Source: Entomortierella parvispora E1425
Lineage: Eukaryota > Fungi > Mortierellomycota
Length of the DNA: 64,000 bases
NCBI GenBank assembly: GCA_020891255.1
Contig: BQFW01000008.1
Span: 2,976,001 to 3,040,000, forward strand
Reading direction: 5' to 3'
The first letter of the stretch is position 1; each line of letters begins with the position of its first letter. Below are positions 1 through 12,377 of this stretch, in pieces. Both the position numbers and the translations under genes were made by a program. The notes under the pieces are model-generated. The model was not told where the DNA came from, did no database searches, and was given only the letters and a program-made list of their open reading frames with translations.

Positions 1-933
1 GCTGTAATACAGGATTGTCCACGACTATCGAAGCTCTTTGTCATCAACTGTGTCCTTACCAGCGATGGAGACGAGGAACTATTCCCAGAGGGAGAATCTT
101 TGTTTCCACGGATTGAGCAACTGGAGCTGGAGCACAACGTGGGCATCAGTTTGACAGGAGAGCTGAACTGGATCGTCCGCTGCCCCTCTCTACGGGAGCT
201 TTCATGGAATCCCAAAAAGACAATGTGGTACGACGCCACGGTGGACATGTCACCCCTGCAGCAATGCCCAGATTTGTTTTCACTGACTCTTGGAATCGAC
301 AGTCTGGAAGACAGAGACTTGGCGGGCGTTTTTGAAAACTGTTTGAATCTCACAGACCTCACGCTGATGGGTGGACGGATAGGGAATGAGGCGTTTGGCA
401 GCTTGACGTATCGATTCCACAAGTTGACAAGTTTGAATATCTTTGAATGTTGTCTGGAGAGCTGGATGCATTGGCGTATCCTTCGATCTTGTTCTAGTCT
501 TGTAGAGTTTTCAGGATGTGTCTTGGAGATGACCGGCATTATGGACGGCGATTGTATATCGGACTCGGATTCCTGGGCTTGCGAGCAAAGTCTCAGGAGA
601 CTTGACCTCGAGTCAGTGATATGGTCCAAGGAGGATGCTTCAGGGAGCAACCGAATGATGAAACAACTGGGGACATTAAGTAGATTGGAGATATTGACGA
701 TCAACTACGTACTGTTTGAGCGAAACGACAACTTCGTGAAGACCTCTCTTTTCGGAGAAGTTCAGGTCCCAGAGAACCTGCCCTGGAAAAATGGTCGTTT
801 TGAAAGATGGGATCTGGAACAAGATGATGATATGAGGTGGATGACGGAAATGTGGCCCCATCTAGAGACGTTCACGTATGTGGGCAGTGGAGGTAGTCTC
901 TGGCGGCCGCCCTCCAGTTCAGATCATTTGTAA
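1..933 (+). CDS. LRR (RNI-like) protein, probably F-box/LRR family; 5'-truncated by the window edge
   Basis: Frame 1 is open from base 1 (AVIQDCPRLSKLFVINC...) to TAA at 931-933. It has leucine-rich repeats (CPSLRELSW, CPDLFSLTL, CLNLTDLTL, CSSLVEFS) and the W(A/V)C..LrrLdL...l..L.rLeiL C-terminal pattern shared with the neighbouring F-box/LRR genes. Confidence 0.8.
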   Translation, partial: AVIQDCPRLSKLFVINCVLTSDGDEELFPEGESLFPRIEQLELEHNVGISLTGELNWIVRCPSLRELSWNPKKTMWYDATVDMSPLQQCPDLFSLTLGIDSLEDRDLAGVFENCLNLTDLTLMGGRIGNEAFGSLTYRFHKLTSLNIFECCLESWMHWRILRSCSSLVEFSGCVLEMTGIMDGDCISDSDSWACEQSLRRLDLESVIWSKEDASGSNRMMKQLGTLSRLEILTINYVLFERNDNFVKTSLFGEVQVPENLPWKNGRFERWDLEQDDDMRWMTEMWPHLETFTYVGSGGSLWRPPSSSDHL

Positions 934-1691
934 AATAACGCTTCATTGTTTTTTTTTTCTTTTTTGAATGCTCTTTTGTTGTTTGGAGAGGTGTCTCCTT
1001 TGAGCGATGCACTCCCCGCATGCTACTGGTGCCCACAGATCCTGCGCGTATGAGTGCCTTCCCTCGCTCTCATTTTCCTTACACTGACAAAGATGGCTGT
1101 ACAAGAGTACAAGACAGAATGCATGTCGGTCTCAGTGCTGAATGCGGACAATGTCGTCTTGTTGATTTAGCTGATTTGCTTTTCTTCCTATGATGATCCA
1201 TTGAGATAAGTTTTCCAAATGGTCAATGCCGATCCAAGGTGGTGTAATGCAGAGTTAATACTCATGGTCTAACATCATGGTGTAAGGGCCCCATGGCATG
1301 ACAAGGTCGTATGATCGCAGTGTCGCAAGTTTGCATGGCCGCAATGGCGGAGTTCACGCTCCTGCGAAGAAAACAGAGTGAACATATCCAAAGGTCGGCT
1401 GCGTTGAATGTGAAGACTGTGTTGGTGGTGTCGCATGCGTTTGTGGGCAATGAGGGGCACTCTGAGTGTATGTCAGAAAGAGGTAGGCGAAAAGTCATCT
1501 CGGATGAGGTGAAGATGACATGTGGAAACTGGAATGAAGAAAAATATGAAAGTGAAAGGACCAACAAGAAGAGGAAAAGGACATGGAGGTGAAAGGAAGA
1601 GAGCACAAAAGACAGAAGAAAAGAAGGGGACACGTGCGGTGGAACATCAGTCCACGTGCAAGAGCCGTGTGAACCCAAAAGACCCTTTCCT

Positions 1692-1705
1692 GACGCGTCG
1701 CGAAA
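1692..1705 (-). promoter_or_regulatory. Conserved TTTCGCGACGCGTC motif (overlapping CGCGAAA and ACGCGT), copy 1
   Basis: GACGCGTCGCGAAA lies ~520 bp upstream of the F-box ATG at 2226. The identical 14-mer occurs upstream of the other three intact F-box/LRR genes. Function is inferred. Confidence 0.6.
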
Positions 1706-2225
1706 AGATCAAAGCGCTTTGACTTGACCGCCTTGACCTTGAACCCCTAATGTCAACCTGACAACCAAATTGGTCAAGACGTCAATTGACAGCGATACCT
1801 CCCTTGTTGCCACTGTTGTGGCTTAACTTGGTCGATTGTTGATTGCCATTGCATTCTCATTGCATCCTCATTTCACCCTCATTGCTCTCTGCATCCCACT
1901 GATTGAGTTTATTTTCTGCGTCTGTCCTTGTCAACCCAGAACGTCCTCGTTGCTTCACGACTTTCACGCCCCTCCTCGAGACCTTTGTTGCTCCTCGTTC
2001 AGTCTTTCTCGCCTCTCTTTGAGACCTGTCTTTGTGACATTCACGTTTCTCTTTGCATCCTTTACGCCTCTATCGTTGCGACCTTTACGCCTCCTTTGCG
2101 ATATTCACTCCCGCTGCGTTCTTTACGCCTCTCTAAGTGATATTTACGCCTGTGGTTACGGATCTTTCTCTGTTACTTGTGACCTTTACGCTCTTATTTG
2201 CCGCAGCCTCGACACTCATTTTGCC

Positions 2226-3782
2226 ATGGCCAGTATTACGTCTTCTATTTCTCTCGCCTCCGCTCTGGGAGAGGCACCTTCTAGCCCTCTTGATGTTCCC
2301 GAGATCATTGCCGAGATTTCGAAGTATCTGTCTCCCGAAGATACCCACATGTGCCTCTTCGTCAACAAGGCCTTTCATATGGTGTTTGCGAGACTCTATT
2401 GGCAATCAGTGCAAATAGGATCGGGCAGATATACTCCATTTGCTACTCCAAACTCCGTAGGAGCCAACGCTCGTCTGGTTCAATCTCTTGCTATTCAGTG
2501 GGGTCCTACTCAAGTCAGCGAACCATACCTCAGCATCAACTTTGCTGTCTTGCGTGAGTTCAAAATAAATGTGCCACTTCGTCAGCGGCGATTTCTGAAC
2601 CCTTCCACCTTCAATACAGAGCTATCTGGGTTTCTGTCCAGGCACAAGTCAACGATCCGTGTTCTTTCTATGGTCAACTACACCTTCAAAAACAGTTCTT
2701 TGGTTTTCTGGAAGACGGTGTCACGATTGCAGGCGCTCTCTACTCTTGACTTGGATAACGTAACCCTGGAAGGAAGTGTCCTTGGAGAAACGCTGTTCAA
2801 AGTATTTTCCACGCTGCAATCTCTTCGACTGAGAATGGTCCGGCTCGTAGATTTGAACACACCTATTCAAGAAAATGGGCGTATTGTCTTGAAGAGGATT
2901 GAAATCCGGGCCTGTTGCTTTGATCCAGAGTCGCTCGGAATGATGTGCCACTTGTTAACGGTTTCATTATCACTTCGCGTCTTGATGTGGGGTACTTGGA
3001 TAGAGCCTAGGGAAAAAGGTCAGACGGTTGGAACGTTCGAGCCAGTCTCAGATATTATTTGCCGAGGCTTTCCGTGGAAAGACTTGTACCAGCTGGACAT
3101 CAATAACCTTGCGGGAGACGTAATGGTCAAGACGGTGAACGCCATCGCCAGGGGAATTCCAAGCTTGAAGTTGACCCACGTGACCATGACCGAAGAGGGC
3201 AAAGTGGCCCTTCTTCAGAACATCGCTTGTAACTTGACAACGGTCGAGTTCAAAGAATGTGATGGACTTAAAAGCGACATGGTGCAAGACGTGCTGTGCT
3301 CCTGCAAGGACCTCTTGTCCATAACTGTAGATATCCCATTGCTGTCCTCAAGTATCGTGCAATCTTCCAAGCCCTGGGCTTGCTCCAAGCTTCGGAAATG
3401 GAAGATTTCGGTTCAAATGGACAAGGAGGACGAGGAGGATAAGGAGGGCGCAGAGAGCAGACATGGACTCATATTTATGAGACTCTCTCGACTTGTGAAG
3501 CTGCGTGTCCTGGACGTGAGCTTAGTCTACGACCGCTCCAGTGAAGGCGTTTCTTTTCTGATGTTTAAAGAGAGCTCCGGTGTTCGAACTCTCAGCACGT
3601 TAGCGCTGATGGAAGTCCTCAAAGTGAGGCACACCGGACAGCAATTGAGTCGCGGCGACTGGGAGTGGCTGTTGCAGACATTCAGTGGTCTTCACAGCAT
3701 CATAGGCTTTGATGTAGCCAGCGGTGATGCGGCAGAATATAGCGATGCCTTGCAGCGTCGAGCTATTTTAAACTCTGACTGA
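2226..3782 (+). CDS. F-box/LRR protein, paralog A (518 aa, intronless)
   Basis: ATG 2226 (MASITSS...) aligns with the paralog starts (MANLTS, MTNIAS). F-box-like PLDVPEIIAEISKYLSPEDTHMCLFVNKAFHMVFARLYW is followed by RNI-like LRRs and PWACSKLRKWKI. The ORF-track start at 1836 is upstream leader. Confidence 0.9.
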   Translation: MASITSSISLASALGEAPSSPLDVPEIIAEISKYLSPEDTHMCLFVNKAFHMVFARLYWQSVQIGSGRYTPFATPNSVGANARLVQSLAIQWGPTQVSEPYLSINFAVLREFKINVPLRQRRFLNPSTFNTELSGFLSRHKSTIRVLSMVNYTFKNSSLVFWKTVSRLQALSTLDLDNVTLEGSVLGETLFKVFSTLQSLRLRMVRLVDLNTPIQENGRIVLKRIEIRACCFDPESLGMMCHLLTVSLSLRVLMWGTWIEPREKGQTVGTFEPVSDIICRGFPWKDLYQLDINNLAGDVMVKTVNAIARGIPSLKLTHVTMTEEGKVALLQNIACNLTTVEFKECDGLKSDMVQDVLCSCKDLLSITVDIPLLSSSIVQSSKPWACSKLRKWKISVQMDKEDEEDKEGAESRHGLIFMRLSRLVKLRVLDVSLVYDRSSEGVSFLMFKESSGVRTLSTLALMEVLKVRHTGQQLSRGDWEWLLQTFSGLHSIIGFDVASGDAAEYSDALQRRAILNSD

Positions 3783-6700
3783 GCGCACTAGTTGGACCGA
3801 TTGGGACCCAGTTGCAGTTCAACGCGTCGATCCAAGAGCAGACTCAATGAAGTCACATAGCTACAAGCACAGGAAGTTTAGAGTACAGCATCCCATCATC
3901 ATATTCTCTTTCAAAGTCGAATCATCGCCATCAGTTGGAACGCGAATGTCACATCCCAAACCTGGTGCCGCTAGTCAGGTGAATCACATCGCCTTCGTCA
4001 ATGAAGCCGCCTGCATCAAGCAGCCTTCAGCAGCCTTCAGCAGCCTTCATAACACGTTCGATATCCATTAATGGCGGATGCGATTGCTCGAATTAAAGTC
4101 GATGAAAGTCACTTCACGAGATACTCTGACCGTAGAGTCTAATAAAAGGAGAACAAGGGATTCAATATTGATATCTGAAATCCCTCCCTTTATACTCACA
4201 ACTTGTTGCATTGCTCCCGCGGAGAAATGAATTGAACTTCATGATTTTTATTTCTCAAAGAAAAAAAAAACGGTACTGCAGCGTGCTGGTGCCAAGAGAG
4301 CCATACATGTAGCTGTCCAAATGGTTGTAATTCTTCACAGCCAGTCGCATGCCCAGCGTCAGGAGGTGCGTAATGAAGACTGGTTCCAGCACAGAGTGGC
4401 ACCCTAGATTGATCAACATGTAATGCGTGAAGATCTTGTCTTCGATCAACACAACCCTGGATCTCATGCTGCTGCGAATTTTGAACGTCTAGTTAAAAAA
4501 GGGCGCCATCGCCGCTCCTGTGCCGACCTTCACACACTTTGCCTTGTTCACTAATTGAGCGTACTTGCGTGCAACCCTCCATACATCATTCTGGGTTTGC
4601 ACCCTTCATCGTCGTAATGGAAGCTCTGGAGCGGATGAATCACTACTGGCGACAAGCAAACCTAAGTGCTCTTGGGAATGGCGCAGCCCAAGATCCCATC
4701 ACCCTTGTTAGCGGCTCCGGAGGTTATTGGGACGACGGGATGCTGTCTCATAGTATCATAGTGTCACTTGACACGACCCACTCGAAGGAAGAGAATTCTC
4801 GCTTAGACAGCCGGGGGCTTTCAGGGACTCTTTGATGAGCCTTCTTTGGTATCCTGGACAATCGAGAGCACGTCCTTTGGGTGGCCTGGCGACCATTTTC
4901 GAAAGTGTATCATTTCCGGCGGTCGACAAGAATCCTATGATCTGATTCTTGAGTTCCTGCATTACAAACTTTCCTTTCTCTCGTGCTCTTCTTTACCTTT
5001 GATCAAGACACCAAAAAAAACTCGTCGAAACTTTTCTGTGATTGAAGTCCAGTATACTGCTGGCCGCGTCCTCTGTATCCCCCTGGTATGACCATAGCGG
5101 TGGAAAAGTCAGACTAACATTACTCATGGTATGTTTGAACAGGAGATAGAACGGATTTGAGAGAACATACTTGGTAATCCAACCTCAAGATGCCGGGTTG
5201 AGCAACAGTTCCTTATACTTGAATCGTTACGTAATGAAGTTTCAAAAAAACGGGCAAACGAAGAGACTATAGCCATCAAAGGCTGTGCTCTCTATCGATG
5301 TAGCCAGGGCTAACCTGATAAATATGATGCCCTGAATCTAAACGCCTTTCTTCAGCAATATCTACCCAGACCAGAGTGTTGTCCTATTGCAGCTCAAGTG
5401 CTGATGCTGATGCCTTCGATGATGCTGACTGCTTCGCCCAGGGCCGGCACAAGATTCATGGCCTGTCATTCAAATCCATGTGGCGGTTGCATTGCTCACA
5501 AAGACCAGAGCGATCCTTATCCTGCATCCGCTGTAGTTCATGTTGTGCCCGTTGACATTGAAGCATCCTCGTCGTTGGTCCTTGGGACGAAAGATCAGAT
5601 TGCTCCTCCAAAGGCATGCAGTGGAGCATGGCTTTACGCGTGCAAAACAGTCACAAATGCTGTCACGTTATGGGCTGAAAGCTATAAAAGCAATGCCCGC
5701 CGCAGTTTTTTTTTTTTTCCTCACCTCTTGACTCTCTCGCAGTGCGTTATAAACCTCGGCTGGTCATCATGCCTGTCCTCGACTTTTTACAGCGTCCATC
5801 CTCATTGGTAGAGGTGGATTCTGTGGAGAGTTCCGAAGCTATGCGATTTCGCTGTATTTTGGATAAATGCACACTGCAATGGGGTCAGTTTTTTTTTATT
5901 ACTTTATTCTACTTTCACACAGACAAGTGGGACAGGGGTTGAGGAGGTGGTCGAGGTAGAGAGCCAAAAGGACGTGTGGGAGCAACAGGTTGCATTGCTT
6001 TGAACAATCGTCTTGGATCTTCGTGTCCATTTTTTTCTTATTTTTACGTGATCGTATCCCTCCTGGGACTGTCAGTACCGCTTTTTTTCCGGTTGAAAAC
6101 GGTCATCCTATCCGCTTACTCCGTGTTCACGACTCTGGTCACCTATAAAGACATCGTATCCAATGTCGTATCCAACTTCCTGGACCTGCTCAAGACCCAA
6201 CAACAAAACACTTACTACCTTCTGCGACTTTTCAATAACTAGCGGCCAACCAACCCGTACCAACAACACGCATCCCCTCCCCATGAAGAGCAGAAAGAGA
6301 ATTTACCGACAATCCATGCATGGGAGATGTTTGCTCTTCGTTTAGTCTTTGCCACGATTCTGGTAAGTACAGTTCATGCCAATCCAGCATGCTACCACAG
6401 TTTTTTCTCGCTCCCCTACGGTAGCACCGAAGTCAATGGGTTCTCCTGCAAACACCACCAGCCCGTGATGTTGAGACTGTTGAACAGTTCAAGTCCTGGT
6501 GCTCCAGCATCGGCGCGAACGCATCCTGCTGTTTAACCCATTCTCCAACTGTTAAAACTCTCTGCTTCGATGTTGATATTGCCTAGAACATGGGCATGTG
6601 GTGAGAGGGACAGGACAACAAAAAAAAAATTGGTGGCGCAACAAAGGCCCCGTCCATTCTTCCAATTGTGGCGTCCCTCTGCAAATGCAAACTTGGCCCA

Positions 6701-6906
6701 GTCAAAGAGCTTTCGCCTGTTTTTGCGGCAGCTGCATGCATCTCTCTCTCCTCTCTCCTCTCCTCATTCATTGACTCCAGTTAACCGCCTCCTTCTTCAT
6801 CGCTACCCTTTGTCGTTCTGTTTACAGCGTCCCCGTCGCCTTTTTTCCCCTCCACTCCCATCGTCGGCACGAGAGTCAGTCTCCTTCAGTTACACCGGTC
6901 AGACAC

Positions 6907-8936
6907 ATGAGACAGGCACATACAAGGTCAGGGAAGCCGATTCCCTTGGCCTTTGCTGCCTTCCCCGTCGCTTTTTATCTCATCCTCATTGGATTCGGTT
7001 ACTACATCTATGTCGTGACCCTCTGCAGTAGGCTGACATTCCCACACCGCAATGGAGACGTTGCTGCATGCAAGGAACCTTGAAACATTTCAACTGATGC
7101 AGCTTTCAACCTTGTCCCTTTTTCCTTGTCCCTTTCTCTTCCAGTGCAACTTCTACGTGACGACCGCGTGGCCCTAGGAGGTAAATGCAACAAACCCTGT
7201 CGAGCATGTTCTCTACCCCCTGCCTGTTTGTTTGAATGGCTGTTGTGATTGTGTCTGTCATGCTGTCGTTCATGGGTCACGCCTGGACGTTTTGCTATTG
7301 TCTCCAAAAAAACTGGTATTGGCTTGGCTGACAACGAGCCCAATTGCATCCTCTCCTGAATAGTGGTCCTGCTTGTTATCTACCATATTACATTCATTCT
7401 CATGCTGTGGGCATATGCAATGGTTATCCTCACAGATCCAGGAAGGGTGACAGCCGAGGTATGTGCGCTCGAATCGACCGCTAGACTCCAGGATGACCGC
7501 ATTTGAGGAGGGGCGATCGATCGAAAAATGAAAAATGATGTCATGACAGTTTCGTCACGCTCTCGGTCCACGGACAGGGACTGACCTTGCTTCTTGTTTT
7601 CTTTCTATTTGTCTGTGCCTACTAGCATCAACCGGTGCCATCATTACCAAGTCATCAACAGCCACAACCACAACCACAACCACGACCTCAATTAGAATCT
7701 CAGCCACAGGTTCAAATTGGAGATGGCTCAACAGAGGCGCCACAACAGCCCGGAATCCAACAGCCTGAGCAGGTTTACGTCGGACAGGACCAAACGATGC
7801 AAAAGGATGGCTCCATCGGATCAAGTTCTGTCACCGTCTTGATTCCAGGAGCGCAAACCGGCAACCGGTCAGGGTACATTCATATCTCGGAAGATCCGTC
7901 AGTTCAGGGACATCCTCTCTGGTGCAGCAAGTGCCAGCATGGTAACGCAGGAGGACAGACGAGCAAGGGTGGTTTCGATATGGCTGTCATGGAACATGCA
8001 CTGAACCTTTGACATTTTCTGTGGCTGATTAGTAAAACCTGAGCGAGCTCATCATTGCCGTGTTTGTAGGAGATGCGTTCTGCGGATGGACCAGTAAGTG
8101 TCTGCAGTGGGTTCACAGACGACAGATGTGCTTTGCAAAGCAGGAAACTGACCACCACTACCTATGTCTTGTATTGCCGTGCATTCTCCTCTAGTCATTG
8201 CCCATGGGTTCTCAACTGCGTGGGCCAGGACAACTACAAGTTCTTTTGCCTGTTCATCTTTTACACCGCCGTTCACTGTCTTTATATTCTGATCTCCTTG
8301 GCACCATTGTACCAAAAGCTCCCTGATGAGGTAAAAAGGACTCAGGACTCAAACAGCGAACCTTTAGAATGAACACAACCACTCTAACAATCTTTTGCTA
8401 TCCCACTCTAGAGCTGGTCGCATCAGCTCCAAGTCATTGGCATGGTCGTTGCTGGCGTCTTTGGCATCACTCTAGTCGTGTTCACTATCACCCACATCCG
8501 ACTGATTGTACTGAACAGGACCACAATCGAAGACCATGAGACACCCCGATCTGAAGGCATGTTGCCCTGTTTTCGCAAAGGATGGAAGAACAGCGACGGA
8601 GACATCAATCAGGGCAACGAACGACTGTACGATCTTGGATTGAAGGAAAACTGGGAGCAGGCTATGGGCAAGGGATGGAAATGCATGATCCCTGTCCGGT
8701 TCCCTCGACCAGAAGGACCAATCTACAACCAAAAGGTGGTGGCGCGACAGTGGAGGGATTACAACGAAATGATGGAGAGGCGGAGACAAGAGCAACAGCA
8801 ACCTGCATACGCGGTGCAACCACAAGAGGATACGGCCGTCGTATCAGCCAGATCTACAAACCCGACGTCCGAGGAAGTGCATCACCGGTCCAACTCCATC
8901 ACGCAGCAGACAACATTTGACCAGACCTGCGTGTAA
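6907..8936 (+). CDS. DHHC palmitoyltransferase (Pfa3/ZDHHC2-15-20-like), 7 exons, ~429 aa
   Basis: Exons 6907-7027, 7145-7180, 7364-7458, 7626-7941, 8033-8093, 8195-8330, 8412-8936 are all GT-AG and in phase. They give TDPG, [37 protein letters not shown] (DHHC-CRD split by an intron), the TTIE motif and YDLG..ENWEQAMG. Confidence 0.92.
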
Positions 8937-10519
8937 TCGATAGAGCTGCATCTGCTATATACACATTGCCATATAATCCCCTCTCCATAATAATACGCTC
9001 TCTGAGCAAACCAACAGGACATTTCCCGGCACAGCGAACAGCTTTGGAAACTTTTACCATGTATTCTGAAGATCTTCAACTCTTGGACTTTCAAGAACCA
9101 ATATGCCTCTCTATCCCCATTCCTTTTACCTCTGCATGCAACGCAGTGGTTGAACTTTAGAAATTGGAGATGAAGGGGGAAGTCCTCCTGTATCTCAATT
9201 CTGTTTATTTGCTTATGAGGATGCCCATCATCCCCGAGGTATGATGCTGGGCTTGACATGGGGGGTGATCATTGTGGTCCTCCCTTTGTCAGATCCGCAA
9301 AGCTGATTGTTGGTAAAGAAAAGGTTGGGCCGCCATTTTGTTCGTCGACAATGAAAAAAAAACCCCCCATGAGCTCAATCCTGTCGCGATTCCATATAGC
9401 CCTCAGAAAGATGATGAAGGGAGTTCTCTCTCCTGGCTTGGTTTAAGCAGCTCCATAATCCTGATCCTGATTCAATCCAGCGTTGAAGCGCTGAAATACT
9501 CAGCGCCAGTCTTTCCCGTCTTGCCTTTCAAGTCTGGTCTACAGATCCAAACCACTTCTTTGACATCCTGGTCTGCTCCTTGACCTTGACTGGAGGCGGG
9601 GGGGATCTAATAGAATAAACCACAGGCGCGCCGCTAAGGTCCAAATGTCCAGTCTGAAGGCATCTAGTCTGACACACCTCTGATAAAACAAGGGTGGAAA
9701 GGCCGAGCCTGGTAGCTTTGCTCGACTTGGTCCCGCGCCAAAGAGCCTTCTGCGTTCGTTCAGCTCCAGCTGAATCCCGTGTTCCTGTCCTTGTGAAGTC
9801 GCAACCGGCCTTCGTGGCTCCTACTGGATGAATTTGAACAGGTACGGTCGATTATCGGAAGCACTAGACTGAAGAATACAGCAAGTAGTCAGTTAAAGAT
9901 GAGATTCCAACCTTTGTAGCATACGAATAAGTGGCTGCACTTCGGACGCAAGGATGGGGGCTCTCTGTTGATGGTCGTCCACGAAAAGAGAGACGTGACA
10001 AAGCCAACTCGACCGAAGGTACTAAGGGTACGCTCATACCATCCCTAGGGTTGTGCTCATTGACGAAGGGGGAGCTAATGTGAGAAGAGAGGATGGAATA
10101 ATGACCCCATGGCCATGAGAGCTGGGCGAGATAGAGAGAGAGATAAGGAGGCAGCTGCAGATGGGAACACGGAGGAAGAGAGGAAGGGCGACAACAAGAA
10201 CAACAGAAGAGAAAAGAGAAAGGAAAAAAAAAGAGCCAGCTGTGCGCTTTGTTTGCTGATCAGCCAATCATGATCGCCCGTCGTCCTCCCTCCCTCGCTC
10301 CCTCCCCAAACTGGTCCACGGCGTGAAAGCACAAATCAAATCTTTATTTTCGGTTTTTTTCCTTTCTCTTTCTCTCTCGAAGCAAGCAGGCGGGATTGAC
10401 TTTCTCGCCGAGGGAGGGGCGGGCCCTTTCTTCTTCTTCTTCTCTTTCTACCAAGTCTCCCGCCTCCCTTCCACTTGCCATACCACCCCTATCTTCCCCC
10501 TCTTGACACACCCTTCGCC

Positions 10520-12377
10520 CTACAGAGCATTGGCGTCCACCGAGTAGCGCTTGGAAGGCACCTGCGGCAGCACAGGGATCACACCGCGTTCTGGCACTGC
10601 CTGGATAAAGTTCAACTGGGGTCGATACGCACACGTCTTGTCCTGTCTTCTCTGGTTCAACGACTTGGGGAGATAGCTGAGCACCAGTTTTCGGATCACC
10701 GCCTCTGTCCACGTCTGACCCGACATGATGACTGCGAACCGCTTGCTGGTCTCGAATTGCGCCTTGGCGTAGTCATAGCTGGGAATGTGGGAAGAGAAAG
10801 GATGAGAGAGAAGAAAAGGAGACCCCCCCCCCCCAAAAAAAAAGATAAGAAACGAGCCCTGCTCTGATATTTCCCCGAGCACAGCGCAGGACGGGGCACA
10901 GACCTTCTCCTTTGATGGGCACTTACCGTTGAGACTGGTAGTCTTTGAGCGCGGCCTCAATATTCTTGAGGTTGAGGGATTTTAGATCATTAATGCAGTT
11001 GGCTAGGATAGTGCTGTCTTGCATCGCATTGATCGCACCCTGACCGGCACTCGGGAGCATTTTGTGGCAAGCTAGGATCATTCAATGGTCAGGATGATTA
11101 GCCAAGACAAGCGACATGAAAGAGAGAATAGGATTTCCTTTGTGTCCAGTAAGCGGATTATGACAGAGCAGTAGGTCAGCCAGAAATAAAGTGCATGGAG
11201 GAGGGCCAGGGGAAGGAACGTTCTTTTACCATCACCAATCAACACGGTTCGACCATGGTGCCATGTCTCAAACAACTTTTCTTCAAGAGTGACCTTGGAC
11301 ACTGTTCCCTTGGGCGTCACATCCAACAACTCGCCCATCGTCAATCCAAACGGCGCCTTGACATGTCGAATCTGCTCACTCAACGCACTCGCCGCCTCGG
11401 GCCCCCATTCCGAGTTTCGAAACCGTTCATTGCTGGGATCCTTGCTCGCATGGGGTCCTGTCGCCCTCGGGTTCGTGTCCAACTGCACCGTGTAAATAAA
11501 ACAAATCTTGTTGTCCGGGACCGTGAAGCACGCCACCGACTCCGTCGTGTCCTTGGCCAACACAATCTCAAAACGCGAAAACGCTTCATCCACGACCGGG
11601 AACTTTGCAGGGTCTAAGCTCTCCGTGGTCCCGACCAAACAGATGTGGCGCATCGACAAGTCTTCTTCGTCATGCTTGGGGAGGAGATTTTGGGCTGAGA
11701 GCTGACGAAAGAGCGACTGTCGGACGGCCGAGTAGGCACCGTCGGCGCCGACGAGGATGTCGCCGCAGTAAGACGTGTTGTCGGAACATTTGATCATGAC
11801 GCCGAAATCGGGCTGGCCGCGGTCGGGTTCGTGTCCTTCGGGGTTGTATTGACGGATGGAGAGGACTTTCTTCTTGCGGTGGATCTTGTGAGGGGGCACT
11901 TGGGACAGAAGCAGGGAATAGAGGTTCTTGCGCTCAAAGACCATCGAGTAGTATCCAGCTCTATTCATAGAAATCAAGTGTTTTTTACCATGAGGGAAGG
12001 GAGGCAGTCAGCCGGTTGTCTTCTGTCCTTTCCAGGAGGACTGCCTGTCGAAAGCCGCTGCAGGATGATGTGAAGATGGAAGGCATCTATTACCTCTCTT
12101 TGGTGTTGGCCTCAACAGTACCGAGCTCGTCCAGACTGCCATTATATATCTTCAGGCACCTCAAAGGCTTGGAGATCTTTTCGACCTGTTCCAACAGTCC
12201 AAGCTGTTCAAAGACTGGCAGGATATTAGGTCCCGTTACCATCGCTGACCCCAATGGTCGAATCTCTTGGGACCGCTCAAAGATCTGGTAGTCGATACCG
12301 GCCCGCTGGAGCTGGATGGCAAGTAGCAACCCGCCAACACCCGCGCCAACGATCAAGACTCGAGGATGACACTCCAT
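10520..12377 (-). CDS. FAD-dependent monooxygenase (FAD_binding_3 class), 4 exons, ~472 aa
   Basis: Exons 12377-12094, 11960-11230, 11071-10927, 10778-10520 are in phase. Motifs: VLIVGAGVGGL (GxGxxG), ILVGADGAYSAVR (DG) and VLIGDACHKMLPSAGQGAINAMQD (GD). Confidence 0.92.

Noticed and set aside
1836-2225. 130-aa N-terminal extension of the F-box ORF in the ORF track
   Set aside because: It starts at TTG in a pyrimidine-rich leader that is homologous to non-coding, stop-containing leaders of the paralogs. ATG 2226 aligns with the paralog starts.
4100-6300. Scattered short ORFs that might be a decayed gene or transposon
   Set aside because: No recognisable domain, terminal repeats or target-site duplication by eye; a frameshift-aware homology search is needed.
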